From an uncultured Eubacteriales bacterium (GTDB taxonomy: Bacteria > Bacillota > Clostridia > Christensenellales > CAG-138), in contig UQGA01000001.1 in NCBI GenBank assembly GCA_900540495.1, forward strand, positions 170,535-234,534: 64,000 nt of DNA, given 5' to 3'. Both the position numbers and the translations under genes were made by a program. Position 1 is the stretch's first letter; the number at the start of each line of letters is the position of its first letter. Below, piece by piece: positions 21,101-29,213 of this stretch. A model generated the notes under the pieces. That model was not told where the DNA came from. It did no database searches and saw nothing but the letters and a program-made list of their open reading frames with translations.

Positions 21101-22005
21101 ATGCCGGACGTATAGAAATTGGACATGCCGTTGGTCAGCACGGCGTTGCCCCAGGCCATGAAGCAGTTGATGTCGGTCGGGTGCCCGACAAAGATGAGCG
21201 ACAGCAGCAGCCGCAGCGCGAATGCGCCCGCCATGACCGCGGCGAGGATGGGGATGGGCCGCGCGGGTTCCCGAATCGCTTCCGCCTCGTTGCGCAAGAC
21301 GCGCCCATACAACAGGGCATAGAGTGCAAGCGTCAGCAGGCCGGTCAGCACGATGGCTGCGAACACAAGGTTGGACGGCGCCGCCGCATCCGTATCGGTG
21401 GCGCCGGACGCCACCGTGCCGGTCAGCGCAAGATCGATGATGGTGCCGGACGCCACCTCATCGCACGCATACAGCGAAACGTCCCGGAACCAGGCGACGC
21501 CGCTGCTCTCCATGCCGTAGCCGCCCAGCCGCAGCGCCACGCGCAGCGTCGTCTGTTCCGCACCGGTGCGCACATACAGCGTCAATTCCGTCCAGTCGGA
21601 CGTGCCGACGGCGCTCTCGGAATAACAGTACGTGCCGTCAAGGTCGTAATTGTCGATCGACAGATTGGCGCCCTGCCCGCCGACAACCTCCTCCGTCCGC
21701 ACGGCAGCGCGCAGGCGATACACGGTATCCGGCTCCACCGTCACGTCCTGACAGACGCGCGCGTCGTTGCCGGACGTGTTGTCCAGCCGAATGGCGGCGC
21801 CCGCCTCCGTCTCCTCCAGCCGCGCCTGGACGCCGGCCTCCTCGTATGCCTGCAGCGCCCATCCCACCGGCAACTCGAGCAGATCGGAGGCATCCGAAAA
21901 ATCGCCGTTGTAGATGAGATCCTCCCCGGCAAGATGGTCGCCGTCCGCCAGCGCGGCGGCGGGCAACAGGCAGCATATGAGTAGGAACGCAAAAAACTTT
22001 CGCAT
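18133..22005 (-). CDS. Very large polytopic glycosyltransferase: signal anchor, CBM-like domain, ALG6/Gpi18-like GT-C module, discoidin-like insert and a GT39 (PMT-type) GT-C module
   Basis: 1290 codons from ATG 22005 (MRKFFAFLLICCLLPAAALA). Motifs seen are ADYPPGYMY, FKPQALMF and GHYMHERYLFP in module 1, and YFDELYHARTAYEHL plus a PMT-like C-terminal TM bundle in module 2. The domain names are recognition-level calls only. Confidence 0.8.
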   Translation of the reverse strand: MRKFFAFLLICCLLPAAALADGDHLAGEDLIYNGDFSDASDLLELPVGWALQAYEEAGVQARLEETEAGAAIRLDNTSGNDARVCQDVTVEPDTVYRLRAAVRTEEVVGGQGANLSIDNYDLDGTYCYSESAVGTSDWTELTLYVRTGAEQTTLRVALRLGGYGMESSGVAWFRDVSLYACDEVASGTIIDLALTGTVASGATDTDAAAPSNLVFAAIVLTGLLTLALYALLYGRVLRNEAEAIREPARPIPILAAVMAGAFALRLLLSLIFVGHPTDINCFMAWGNAVLTNGMSNFYTSGIFADYPPGYMYVCGAISWLCRVLNLSYGSAGMVFLFKLPATIADLASAYLVYRIARRRGMRESFALVLCAVLAFNPAAMFISGAWGQIDSLLTLGIVGAIYLLWADRLILAGAVFGLAILFKPQALMFGPILAVAYLALIVVSADWKKRLLRTALAVLAALLVLFVGSLPFKGDQDLFYLVDRYLNTISSYPYATIEAYNFPALLGLNWAPVESPVLGVPYSILGPVFIGAAVLLGAFLFLRSFLVLPAGEERLTLSALRACKRREGALYLAAACMLMVIFTFGHYMHERYLFPALLLLLMAYLYERDRRLLIAFGAVTVPLLINLLGAIYIINRMELRGAAYDALTRFGSAMMVLACLYLVWISIDILVRGNIHGPVPAAARGAAAGGWQPVFEQPEPMQPLEPTDNRLHLTRRDTILMLAVTLLYGAVSLVNLGTLSAPETNWTPQSTGEIVTIAFAEETTVSEYWVYGNIQNDGLMLLRADDGHEEQYEQLYDNMFRWQRVETGFTARTLTLQCVGNSLNINEIAFFDEAGELIEARVVDPVGTQAALLDEQDTVPESPSYFNGMYFDELYHARTAYEHLHNLAPYENSHPPLGKLIISIGIAIFGMNPFGWRIMGALVGVAMLPVLYLFGKRLFRKTTYAFLCTALFAVDFMHFTQTRIATIDVYAVFFILLMYYFMYEYITMNFYADGWKRTLRPLALSGLFFGLGAASKWTCIYAGGGLAVLFFGSLIARYRERGRLLCGSERERQLAMGYWRNVLFTLLWCCLFFLLIPFTIYFCAYLPYYIYEAGSTQGYGLREAFSTLWRYQEFMYDYHSGLTATHPYQSAWWQWPFTLRPMWYYSGNDSAAGTVSTLTASGNPAVWWVGAVAAPILLGLRVTRRIRPDRALQIICVGILANYLPWVLVPRCTFIYHFFTTVPFILMAAVYLLERLEERYPRLGRVKWIWLGVAAALFVLLYPGLSGLPIPAWWAKIIKCLPGGGLMYGA

Positions 22006-22057
22006 ACAACAACCTTCTTCTATCGGGTCTGCCGTGTCAGCAAATTTCTTCCAGACC

Positions 22058-22086
22058 AATATAGCATAGACAAAACGGATGCGCAA
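22058..22086 (-). promoter_or_regulatory. Possible sigma-A promoter in front of the glycosyltransferase gene
   Basis: Minus strand TTGCGC-17 nt-TATATT, directly after the yraN stop. The -35 box is weak. Confidence 0.3.
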
Positions 22087-22437
22087 TCAACCTGAAAAAG
22101 CGTTCACAATATGTTGAATCTTCCCCTCCGGCAGATAGACCTCCACCACATCGAAGCGCGCCGGGGCCATGCCGCAACGGCATTGTTGCAGATATGCCGC
22201 CGCGGCAAGCCGAAGATTGCGCTGCTTGTCCCGTCCGACCGCCATGGCCGGCGTGCCGAACGCCGTGTTCGTGCGGGTCTTCACCTCCACAAACACGAGG
22301 CAATCCCCGTCGCGCAGGATCAGGTCGATCTCGTGGCGCCCATGCCGGTAGTTGCGGCATACCAGGCGGTAGCCGCACCGCCGCAGATACCGCAGCGCCA
22401 GCCGTTCGCCACGCCGCCCCACCTCCGCCGCGCTCAT
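22087..22437 (-). CDS. yraN: YraN-family (UPF0102) endonuclease-like protein
   Basis: 116 aa: RGERLALRYLRRCGYRLVCRNYR...EIDLILRDGDCLVFVEVKTR. The start overlaps the rnhB stop (ATGA). Confidence 0.88.
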   Translation of the reverse strand: MSAAEVGRRGERLALRYLRRCGYRLVCRNYRHGRHEIDLILRDGDCLVFVEVKTRTNTAFGTPAMAVGRDKQRNLRLAAAAYLQQCRCGMAPARFDVVEVYLPEGKIQHIVNAFSG

Positions 22438-23060
22438 AGGAACTTCCGGATGAACGAGCGCCGGTGCAGCGGGCAGGGGCCGTACGCGCGCAGCGCCGCG
22501 ATATGCTCCGCCGTGCCGTACCCCTTGTTGCGCCGGAACCCGTAGGCGGGGTACAGCGCATCCTGCTCGATCATGTACCGGTCGCGTGAAACCTTGGCCA
22601 GGATGGACGCCGCCGCGATGGAATAGGACAGCGCATCCCCGTGCACGAGCGGATGCTGCCTTGCCGGCAGATTCAGTCCCGTCATGGCGTCGATCAGCAC
22701 GTCCGTCACCGGCACGCCGATGGCGGCGAACGCCCGTTCAAACCCACGCCGGGTGGCCTCGAGGATGTTGATCTCGTCGATCACCTCCGGCTCCACCCAC
22801 GAAAGCGACCAGGCGGAGGCGTGCGCCGCCAGCGCCGCAAACACGGACTCGCGGCGCTTTTCGGAAAGCTTTTTGGAGTCGTTCACATACGGTACAAGCG
22901 GCTCCGGCGGCATGACGGCGCAACAGACGACCACCGGCCCCGCCAGCGGGCCGCGCCCCACCTCGTCCATGCCGGCAAGCACGCAGCCGGGCCTGTCCCA
23001 AAAGACACGGTCGCGCGCGGATATGGCCAGCAGCCGTTCCGTTTCAGGTTGTCTCGGCAT
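22434..23060 (-). CDS. rnhB: Ribonuclease HII
   Basis: Track ORF trimmed to ATG 23060, which has GGAGGGGGAG upstream. Motifs seen: AGMDEVGRGPLAGPVV, NDSKKLS and ASILAKVSRD. Confidence 0.92.
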   Translation of the reverse strand: MPRQPETERLLAISARDRVFWDRPGCVLAGMDEVGRGPLAGPVVVCCAVMPPEPLVPYVNDSKKLSEKRRESVFAALAAHASAWSLSWVEPEVIDEINILEATRRGFERAFAAIGVPVTDVLIDAMTGLNLPARQHPLVHGDALSYSIAAASILAKVSRDRYMIEQDALYPAYGFRRNKGYGTAEHIAALRAYGPCPLHRRSFIRKFL

Positions 23061-23952
23061 GGCTCTCCCCCTCCGGCGTTTCCAACGTGATGCGGCCAAT
23101 GCGGCCGGCACGAAATTCATCCAGCACGACATGCGCCGCGCGCTCGATATCCGGTTCGCGCCCGGGCAGGAAAAACGAGCGGCACGCGCACACGGCGGGC
23201 AGAAGCGACTCCGCCGCCATCCCGGGCGCAAGGCCCGGATAACGGGCCGCGACCGCGGCCGGCTGCATGGCCAAAAGCTCCGCAAGCAACGATGCGGCAA
23301 GGGATTCGGTGTCCATGATCTCGTCGCGGATTGAGCCGAGATAGGCCAGGTGCCTTGCGTAACGCTGCACGGCCAGTTTCGGCCAGAGCAGGCCAGGCGT
23401 GTCCATCAGTTCGAGGTGCGGCGTGATGCGCACCCACTGCTTGCCGCGCGTGATCCCCGGCCTGTCCCCGACCTGCGCGCGCGCCTGTCCCGCAATGCGG
23501 TTGATAAACGTGGATTTGCCGACGTTGGGAATGCCCGCGACGAGCACGCGCACGACCTTGTTGACGCCCTTTTCGCGCATTTTGGCCACGCGCGGGGCGG
23601 CCGCCTGTTCGATCAGCGCAACGGCCTGTTTTTTCCCCGCGCCGGCCGTGGATACGACGGCCTCGGCCAGCAACCCCTGCGCGCGCAAATACGCGACCCA
23701 CGCGCGGTTCGCCTCCGGGTCGGCAAGATCGCTCTTGTTGAGCAGGACAACGCGCGCCTTGCCTTGAAACAGGGCCGCAAAATCCGGGTTCCTTGTGGCC
23801 GCAGGCGCGCGTGCATCGACGAGCTCCACGACCACGTCGATGAGCTTCAGGTCTTCCTGTAATTGGCGCCGCGCACGGGCCATGTGGCCCGGATACCAGT
23901 TGATCGGTGCGGCGGTGCGCTCCGCCTCCCGTCCGTCAAGCTCCGTTGCCAT
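23044..23952 (-). CDS. ylqF: Ribosome biogenesis GTPase YlqF/RbgA (circularly permuted)
   Basis: Track ORF trimmed to ATG 23952 (SD GGAAGGAAGG). INWYPGHMARA is present, and G4 NKSDL precedes G1 GIPNVGKSTFINR and G3 DTPG. Confidence 0.92.
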   Translation of the reverse strand: MATELDGREAERTAAPINWYPGHMARARRQLQEDLKLIDVVVELVDARAPAATRNPDFAALFQGKARVVLLNKSDLADPEANRAWVAYLRAQGLLAEAVVSTAGAGKKQAVALIEQAAAPRVAKMREKGVNKVVRVLVAGIPNVGKSTFINRIAGQARAQVGDRPGITRGKQWVRITPHLELMDTPGLLWPKLAVQRYARHLAYLGSIRDEIMDTESLAASLLAELLAMQPAAVAARYPGLAPGMAAESLLPAVCACRSFFLPGREPDIERAAHVVLDEFRAGRIGRITLETPEGESHAETT

Positions 23953-24001
23953 ACAAACCTTCCTTCCCGGCTGGCGGCCCCGAGGCGGCCCGCCTGGTGC
24001 T

Positions 24002-24031
24002 ATTATACATGAGCCGCTCGCGCCCTGTAAA
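24002..24031 (-). promoter_or_regulatory. Sigma-A-type promoter for the ylqF-rnhB-yraN... operon
   Basis: Minus strand TTTACA-18 nt-TATAAT, located just downstream of the rplS terminator. Confidence 0.5.
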
Positions 24032-24066
24032 GCGGCCGAACCGCCAGGCGCGGCCCCGTGCGGCGC

Positions 24067-24095
24067 AAAAAGGCCCGGCACCCTGAGGCGCCGGG
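24067..24095 (-). terminator. Rho-independent terminator after rplS
   Basis: Minus strand CCCGGCGCC-tcag-GGTGCCGGG (9 bp with one G-U pair), followed by CCTTTTTGCG. Confidence 0.75.
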
Positions 24096-24118
24096 TCCTG
24101 CAAGCCGAAAGGCTTCGC

Positions 24119-24478
24119 TCACTTGTTCTTGTCCACGATGCGCTCGCGCACCTTGGCGGCCTTGCCCGCGCGATCGCGCAGGTAAAACAGCTTGGCGCGG
24201 CGCACGACGCCGTGACGCACCACCTCAACGCGCCCGATGCGGGGGCTGTGATACGGGAATGTCCTCTCGACGCCGATGCCGTACGAAATGCGGCGAACCG
24301 TAAACGACTTGCGCACGCCGCCGCCCTGAATCTTGATGACGACGCCCTCAAAGTTCTGAAGGCGCTCGCGGTTGCCCTCGACAACCTTGACGAACACGCG
24401 CACCGTGTCGCCCACCTGCAGCTCGGGCAGATCCGTACGGAGCTGTTCTTTCTCGAGCTCTCTAATGATGTCCGACAT
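24119..24478 (-). CDS. rplS: 50S ribosomal protein L19
   Basis: [48 protein letters not shown]... is canonical L19. ATG 24478 has a GAGGAGG SD. Confidence 0.97.
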   Translation of the reverse strand: MSDIIRELEKEQLRTDLPELQVGDTVRVFVKVVEGNRERLQNFEGVVIKIQGGGVRKSFTVRRISYGIGVERTFPYHSPRIGRVEVVRHGVVRRAKLFYLRDRAGKAAKVRERIVDKNK

Positions 24479-24556
24479 GAAAATGATCCTCCTCACAATA
24501 CTGATGGGCGTTCATATCCAAAGCCGAACAGCGGACCGCCCACTGTCACGGGTGCG
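24479..24556 (-). promoter_or_regulatory. ~78-nt structured 5' leader of rplS (candidate L19 autoregulatory leader)
   Basis: Lies between the -10 box and the SD. It contains GGGCG...CGCCC and CCG-ctgtt-CGG pairings. An L19 leader element is known in Firmicutes, but identity here is not verified. Confidence 0.3.
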
Positions 24557-24585
24557 ATTATACCACAAGGGTCACCCGAATGCAA
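24557..24585 (-). promoter_or_regulatory. Strong sigma-A promoter dedicated to rplS
   Basis: Minus strand TTGCAT-17 nt-TATAAT with an extended -10 (TGgTATAAT). Confidence 0.6.
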
Positions 24586-24616
24586 GCCCTGATTTTCTGC
24601 GCCTCTCCGGTGTTTT

Positions 24617-25336
24617 TCAGGGCTTTTTTGCCTGTGCGCCGCCCGCCGTTCGGCCATGGGAGCCAAGCAGTTCCGGACGCATCGACTGCGTCTTTTGCAG
24701 CGCCTGTGCGCGCCGCCAGGCGGCGATGTTGGCATGGTGCCCGGAGAGCAGCACCTCCGGCACCGCCATGCCGCGAAACACGGCCGGGCGCGTATACTGC
24801 GGGTATTCGAGCAATCCCTCGCCCGCGTGCGACTCCTCCTCCGCGCTCTCGACGCTGCCGAGCACGCCCGGTACGAACCGGCTCACGCAGTCGATGAGCA
24901 CCATTGCCGGCAGTTCGCCGCCGGTGAGCACATAGTCCCCGATGGAGAGCTCCTCGTCGATGACCGCCGACACGCGCTCGTCCACGCCCTCGTAGTGCCC
25001 GCACAGCAGGATGAGCCGCGGCTCGGCCGCCAGCTCCCGCGCCCGTTCCGGGGTGAGCAGGCGACCGCGCGGCGAAAGCAGGATGCGCCTGCCGGGGCGC
25101 GGGTCGAGCGCGCACACATGCGCCATGCAGTCGAAGATCGGCTGCGCCATCATCACGAGTCCGGCGCCGCCGCCAAACGGATAGTCGTCCGCCTTGTTGT
25201 GCCGGTTGTCGGTATAGGCCCGGATGTCGTGCAGAAAAAACTCCAGCAACCCGGCGTCCGCCGCACGGCCGAGCATGCTCGCGCCCAGCACGCCGCCGAA
25301 CATCTCCGGAAAGAGCGTCAGCACGTCAATCCTCAA
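24617..25336 (-). CDS. trmD: tRNA (guanine37-N1)-methyltransferase TrmD
   Basis: (M)[17 protein letters not shown]... is the canonical TrmD N-terminus. The start is placed at TTG 25336, 9 nt after GAGGGAGG. The track start 25345 is also a TTG but abuts the SD. Confidence 0.9.
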   Translation of the reverse strand: MRIDVLTLFPEMFGGVLGASMLGRAADAGLLEFFLHDIRAYTDNRHNKADDYPFGGGAGLVMMAQPIFDCMAHVCALDPRPGRRILLSPRGRLLTPERARELAAEPRLILLCGHYEGVDERVSAVIDEELSIGDYVLTGGELPAMVLIDCVSRFVPGVLGSVESAEEESHAGEGLLEYPQYTRPAVFRGMAVPEVLLSGHHANIAAWRRAQALQKTQSMRPELLGSHGRTAGGAQAKKP

Positions 25337-25850
25337 ACAGCCCAACCTCCCTCAATACAGCCGCATCGAACACGATGCGCTTGTGCGCAACGTCCACCAG
25401 CGAGAGCACCCGCTTGAGCGCCGGCACCATGAGCCTGCCGTTCTCAATCTCGTACACGTCGTTGCTGCCGGTCTCCAGCACGTCGGTCACGCGTCCAAAA
25501 CGCGCGCCCTCGGTATCGAAGGTTTCGCAGCCAATGAGATCCGCCACAAAATACGTATCCGGCGGCAGCGGGATCGCATGGGCCCGATCCACGCAGAGGT
25601 AGCGCCCGCGCAACGCCTCCGCCGCCTCGCAGGAATCGACCCCGCCGATGTGCAGCACAACCGCATTGGGCAGCAGCCGCACATGGGAAAGCGCGACGGG
25701 GCGATAGCCCCCGCCCCGCTCCTCCAGATACGCTTCCTGCATGCCGCGAAACCGCTCCGGCACATCCGTCGTCGGGATGAGCTTCACGTCGCCGCGCACG
25801 CCATGCGCGCGCACAACCTGCCCAATGCGCAGATATTGCTCGCTGTTCAA
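25326..25850 (-). CDS. rimM: 16S rRNA processing protein RimM
   Basis: (M)[33 protein letters not shown] is the family N-terminus. The start is TTG 25850, overlapping the TGA of the KH gene (TTGA). The track ORF to 25991 reads through that gene. Confidence 0.8.
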   Translation of the reverse strand: MNSEQYLRIGQVVRAHGVRGDVKLIPTTDVPERFRGMQEAYLEERGGGYRPVALSHVRLLPNAVVLHIGGVDSCEAAEALRGRYLCVDRAHAIPLPPDTYFVADLIGCETFDTEGARFGRVTDVLETGSNDVYEIENGRLMVPALKRVLSLVDVAHKRIVFDAAVLREVGLFED

Positions 25851-26074
25851 ACGATCTCCACCATGTACTTGCCGTTGTCCCGTGCGGACGCCGCCTTGAC
25901 AACCGTGCGGATGGCCTTGGCAATGCGTCCCTGTTTGCCGATGACCTTGCCCATATCGCCGGGCGCGACGTGGAGCTCGATCACGGTGCAATCGCCGTCC
26001 TGCTTGGTTTCGACCTGCACCGCATCCGGATCGTCCACGAGGCTTTTTGCGATAAACCTGACCAGTTCGTCCAT
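25847..26074 (-). CDS. ylqC: KH-domain RNA-binding protein (YlqC/UPF0109)
   Basis: 75 aa with a GKVIGKQGRIAKAIRTV GXXG loop. The rpsP-ylqC-rimM-trmD order is conserved. Confidence 0.92.
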   Translation of the reverse strand: MDELVRFIAKSLVDDPDAVQVETKQDGDCTVIELHVAPGDMGKVIGKQGRIAKAIRTVVKAASARDNGKYMVEIV

Positions 26075-26085
26075 TCTATGGTTCC

Positions 26086-26328
26086 TCAGTCAAGCGCGCC
26101 GCTCTTCTTGAGCAGAGCCCGGACGGTATCGGTCGGCTGCGCGCCGTTCTTGATCCAGTGCGTCGCGCGCTCGTTGTTCACCTTGAGTTCCGCCGGATCG
26201 GTCAGCGGGTTGTAATAGCCGAGCTCCTCCAAAAACGCGCCGTCGCGCGGGGCACGGGAATCCGCCACGATGATGCGGTAAAAAGGAGCCTTCTTTGCGC
26301 CCATTCTGCGCAGTCTGATCTTCAACAT
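26086..26328 (-). CDS. rpsP: 30S ribosomal protein S16
   Basis: [30 protein letters not shown]... is canonical S16, with a GGAGGA SD. Confidence 0.97.
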   Translation of the reverse strand: MLKIRLRRMGAKKAPFYRIIVADSRAPRDGAFLEELGYYNPLTDPAELKVNNERATHWIKNGAQPTDTVRALLKKSGALD

Positions 26329-26394
26329 TGTGCTTTTTCCTCCAACTGGTTGTGATGGTGTCTATTTCGAAAACGGCGTCGCCGTTATTCGCGC

Positions 26395-27732
26395 CTAAAA
26401 GCCGAACGGAAAACCGCCACGGCGTCCACGCTTGAAGCGCCCGCCCGCCATCTGCTTCATAAGCTTGCGTGAAGCGGCGAACTGGTTCATCAGCCGGTTG
26501 ACCTCCTGCACGCTCGTCCCACTGCCGCGCGCAATGCGCCGGCGGCGGCTGGCGTTGAGAATGTCGGGATTGGCGCGCTCCCGCTTCGTCATGGAACAGA
26601 TGATGGCCCGCGTGCGCGCCATGGCCTTCTCATCCACCTGCAGGTTGCCAAGCTGCCCGGCGCTCACCCCCGGCAACATGGCCAGAATATCCTGCATGGA
26701 GCCCATGTTTTTGAGCTGGTCAAGCTGCTCCAGAAAATCGTCCAGCGTGAAGGCGTCCGTTCGGAGTTTGTTGAGCTGTTCGACCGCCTTCTTCTCGTCA
26801 AACGCGGTCTGCGCCTTCTCGATGAGCGACAGCACATCGCCCATGCCGAGGATGCGCGAGGCCATGCGGTCCGGGTGAAAGGTCTCCAGATCGCCGAGCT
26901 TTTCGCCCACGCCGGCGAGCTTGATGGGCTTGCCGGTCACCGCCCGCACCGACAGCGCCGCGCCGCCGCGGGTATCGCCGTCGAGCTTGGTGAGCACCAC
27001 GCCGCTGAGCTCCACGGTCTCGTTGAAGGTCCTGGCGACGTTCACCGCGTCCTGGCCGGTCATGGCGTCCACGACCAGCAGGACCTCGCTGGGGTTCACT
27101 GCGTTGCGGATGCGCCCCAGCTCGTCCATCATGTCCGCATCGATGTGCAGCCGGCCCGCCGTATCGATGATCAGCACGTCGCAAAAGTCGTGCCGCGCCT
27201 TCTCCACGGCCAGTCGTGCCGTCTCCACCGGATCGGCCTGCCCCCGTTCAAACACGGGTACGCCCGCCTGCGCGCCCACAATCCGCAGCTGGTCGATCGC
27301 CGCCGGGCGATAGATGTCGCAAGCGGCGAGCATGGGCGTTTTGCCGTACTGCTTTTTGAGCATCAGCGCCAGCTTGCCGCACATGGTCGTCTTCCCGGCG
27401 CCCTGCAAGCCGGCCATCAGAAAGACCGCCGGCTTCACGCTGCCAAACTCGAGCCGCGCGCTGCCGCCGCCCATGAGCTTTGTCAGCTCCTCGTTCACGA
27501 TCTTGATCACCTGCTGCCCCGGCGTGAGGCTCTCAAGCACCTCCGCCCCGACAGCCCGATCGGTCACCGTCTTCACAAAGTCCTTGACGACGAGAAAGTT
27601 GACATCCGCCTCGAGCAGCGCAAGTCGGATTTCGCGCATCGCGTCGCGCACGTCCTTCTCGCTCAGCTTGCCGCGGCCGGTGAGCTTTTTGAATACGCCC
27701 TGCAGTTTTGCCGAAATGCCCTCAAACGCCAT
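26395..27732 (-). CDS. ffh: Signal recognition particle protein Ffh
   Basis: Track ORF trimmed to ATG 27732 (MAFEGISAKLQGVFKKL). The NG domain has GLQGAGKTT, DTAGR and TKLDGDTRGG. A Met-rich M domain follows. Confidence 0.96.
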   Translation of the reverse strand: MAFEGISAKLQGVFKKLTGRGKLSEKDVRDAMREIRLALLEADVNFLVVKDFVKTVTDRAVGAEVLESLTPGQQVIKIVNEELTKLMGGGSARLEFGSVKPAVFLMAGLQGAGKTTMCGKLALMLKKQYGKTPMLAACDIYRPAAIDQLRIVGAQAGVPVFERGQADPVETARLAVEKARHDFCDVLIIDTAGRLHIDADMMDELGRIRNAVNPSEVLLVVDAMTGQDAVNVARTFNETVELSGVVLTKLDGDTRGGAALSVRAVTGKPIKLAGVGEKLGDLETFHPDRMASRILGMGDVLSLIEKAQTAFDEKKAVEQLNKLRTDAFTLDDFLEQLDQLKNMGSMQDILAMLPGVSAGQLGNLQVDEKAMARTRAIICSMTKRERANPDILNASRRRRIARGSGTSVQEVNRLMNQFAASRKLMKQMAGGRFKRGRRGGFPFGF

Positions 27733-28078
27733 CGTCGTCCTCCAGTATTGCGGCCGCCCGCCGCAGTCCCTCCAGCAGCGCCGCGCGCTGCGCCATATCC
27801 GCCGGCAATGTGTCTGCAACGCCGCGCAGGGCGCGAAGCTGCGCCTCGAGCCGCTGCGTGAGGCGCAACAGCCCCAGCTTCTGCTCCATCGCGCGCAACT
27901 GCCGTTCCGCGCGGACGATCCCGTCCCGCACGCCCTGCCGGGAGATGCCCTCGCGCTCGGCGATTTCGCCAAGGGAGAGGTTTTCGTTGGCATAGGCGTC
28001 CACCAGCGCGCGTTGCCGCCCGGTAAGAAGCGCGCCGTAAAAGTCCAGCAGGCGCCCCAGTTCGATCACACGGTCCAT
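27722..28078 (-). CDS. ylxM: YlxM (UPF0122) putative HTH protein of the SRP operon
   Basis: 118 aa: LLDFYGALLTGRQRALVDAYANENLSLGEIAEREGISRQGV is sigma-70 region-4-like. It lies immediately upstream of ffh. Confidence 0.88.
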   Translation of the reverse strand: MDRVIELGRLLDFYGALLTGRQRALVDAYANENLSLGEIAEREGISRQGVRDGIVRAERQLRAMEQKLGLLRLTQRLEAQLRALRGVADTLPADMAQRAALLEGLRRAAAILEDDDGV

Positions 28079-28119
28079 TGCGGCCTCCCTGTAAAGGTAA
28101 ATGCCTTTACACTTAGGAT

Positions 28120-28147
28120 ATTATAAGGGTTTCGCCGCAAATGTCAA
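28120..28147 (-). promoter_or_regulatory. Sigma-A promoter of the ylxM-ffh-rpsP... operon
   Basis: Minus strand TTGACA-16 nt-TATAAT. It is followed by a 7-bp hairpin (GTAAAGG-cattta-CCTTTAC) just before the SD. Confidence 0.5.
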
Positions 28148-28210
28148 GCGGAAACCGCATATTTGCCGCAAACGGCGGAAAGAAGCCGCCCCAAACCGCA
28201 CGCCGGCCAT

Positions 28211-28244
28211 GAAAACGGCGTGGCGGCAACCCCCGCCACGCCGT
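28211..28244 (-). terminator. Rho-independent terminator after ftsY
   Basis: Minus strand ACGGCGTGGCGG-gggttg-CCGCCACGCCGT (12-bp perfect stem), followed by TTTTC. Confidence 0.7.
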
Positions 28245-28260
28245 CCGGATGGACGATCGT

Positions 28261-29169
28261 TCAAAACAGAGCGGCGGCAAACGCATCCGGGTCGAACGGG
28301 CGCAGATCGTCGATCTGTTCGCCCACGCCCACGAAGCGCACCGGCAGGCCGAGCGCATCGGCAACCGCCACAACCACGCCGCCCTTGGCCGTGCCGTCAA
28401 GTTTGGTAAGGATCACGCCGGTCAGCCCCGCCGCCTCCGCAAAGCCGCGCGCCTGCGCGACGGCGTTCTGCCCCGTGGTCGCGTCGAGCACGAGCAGCGT
28501 TTCACACGGCACGTCCGGCAGCTCGCGGCCGATGACGCGGCGCATCTTGGCCAGCTCGTTCATCAGGTTGGACCGGTTGTGCAGACGCCCCGCCGTATCG
28601 CAGATGAGCAGGTCGCACCCCTTTGCCCGGCCGGAGGCGATTGCGTCGAACACGACGGCGGAGGGGTCCGCCCCTTCTCCATGGCGCACCATCGGCACAT
28701 CCGCGCGGCGCGCCCACTCGCCGAGCTGTTCGGCGGCGGCGGCCCGGAACGTATCGCCTGCGGCGAGCATGGGGCGGCGCCCCTGCTCCCGGTAGCAATG
28801 CGCGATCTTGCCAATGGACGTCGTCTTGCCCACGCCGTTGACCCCCACGATGAGCAACGCCGCAGGCCCGGCATCCGCGGCAAACGGCGCCGCCGGGCGG
28901 ACGGCGTCTGCCACGAGCCGGATGAGCGCTTCGCGCGCGGCGGGGCGTTCAACGATGTGCGCCTCCTTCACCAGCCCGCGCAGCGCGTCGAGCAGTTTTT
29001 CGGCCGTGTCCATGCCCATGTCGGCAAGGATCATGCCCTCCTCCAGCTCCTCAAAGAACGCCTCGTTCACGCGCTCGTCCGCGCGGAACAGGCCGGAAAA
29101 TACGCCCTCGCGCGTGCGGCCCAGGCCCGCGCGCAGTTTCTCAAAAAACGACTTTTTTCCCTGCTCCAT
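28261..29169 (-). CDS. ftsY: Signal recognition particle receptor FtsY
   Basis: Track ORF trimmed to ATG 29169 (SD GGAGGAAG). Motifs seen: GVNGVGKTTSIGKIA, DTAGRLH and TKLDGTAKGG. Confidence 0.95.
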   Translation of the reverse strand: MEQGKKSFFEKLRAGLGRTREGVFSGLFRADERVNEAFFEELEEGMILADMGMDTAEKLLDALRGLVKEAHIVERPAAREALIRLVADAVRPAAPFAADAGPAALLIVGVNGVGKTTSIGKIAHCYREQGRRPMLAAGDTFRAAAAEQLGEWARRADVPMVRHGEGADPSAVVFDAIASGRAKGCDLLICDTAGRLHNRSNLMNELAKMRRVIGRELPDVPCETLLVLDATTGQNAVAQARGFAEAAGLTGVILTKLDGTAKGGVVVAVADALGLPVRFVGVGEQIDDLRPFDPDAFAAALF

Positions 29170-29213
29170 GTCTTCCTCCGCCGCCAGACCGGCGGTCCGT
29201 TCCGTTTGCCCGT

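Noticed and set aside
17968-21984. 1338-aa plus-strand ORF, the longest in the track.
   Set aside because: It is exactly antisense to the glycosyltransferase gene. The translation is Arg/His/Gln/Pro/Gly-rich low complexity with no recognisable domain or SD. This is a typical stop-codon-poor antisense frame in high-GC DNA.
22087-23060. YraN (PD-(D/E)xK-like) next to RNase HII and the giant membrane protein, considered as a possible defence or toxin module.
   Set aside because: ylqF-rnhB-yraN is a conserved housekeeping arrangement in Firmicutes. No methyltransferase, helicase, toxin-antitoxin or other defence signatures are adjacent.
24584-24625. A 9-bp inverted repeat (AAGCCCTGA...TCAGGGCTT) followed on the plus strand by TTTTTTG, which looks like a plus-strand terminator.
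   Set aside because: No plus-strand gene ends there. It spans the trmD stop codon and the rplS -35 box and has a 24-nt loop. It may damp antisense transcription, but it is not supportable as a feature.
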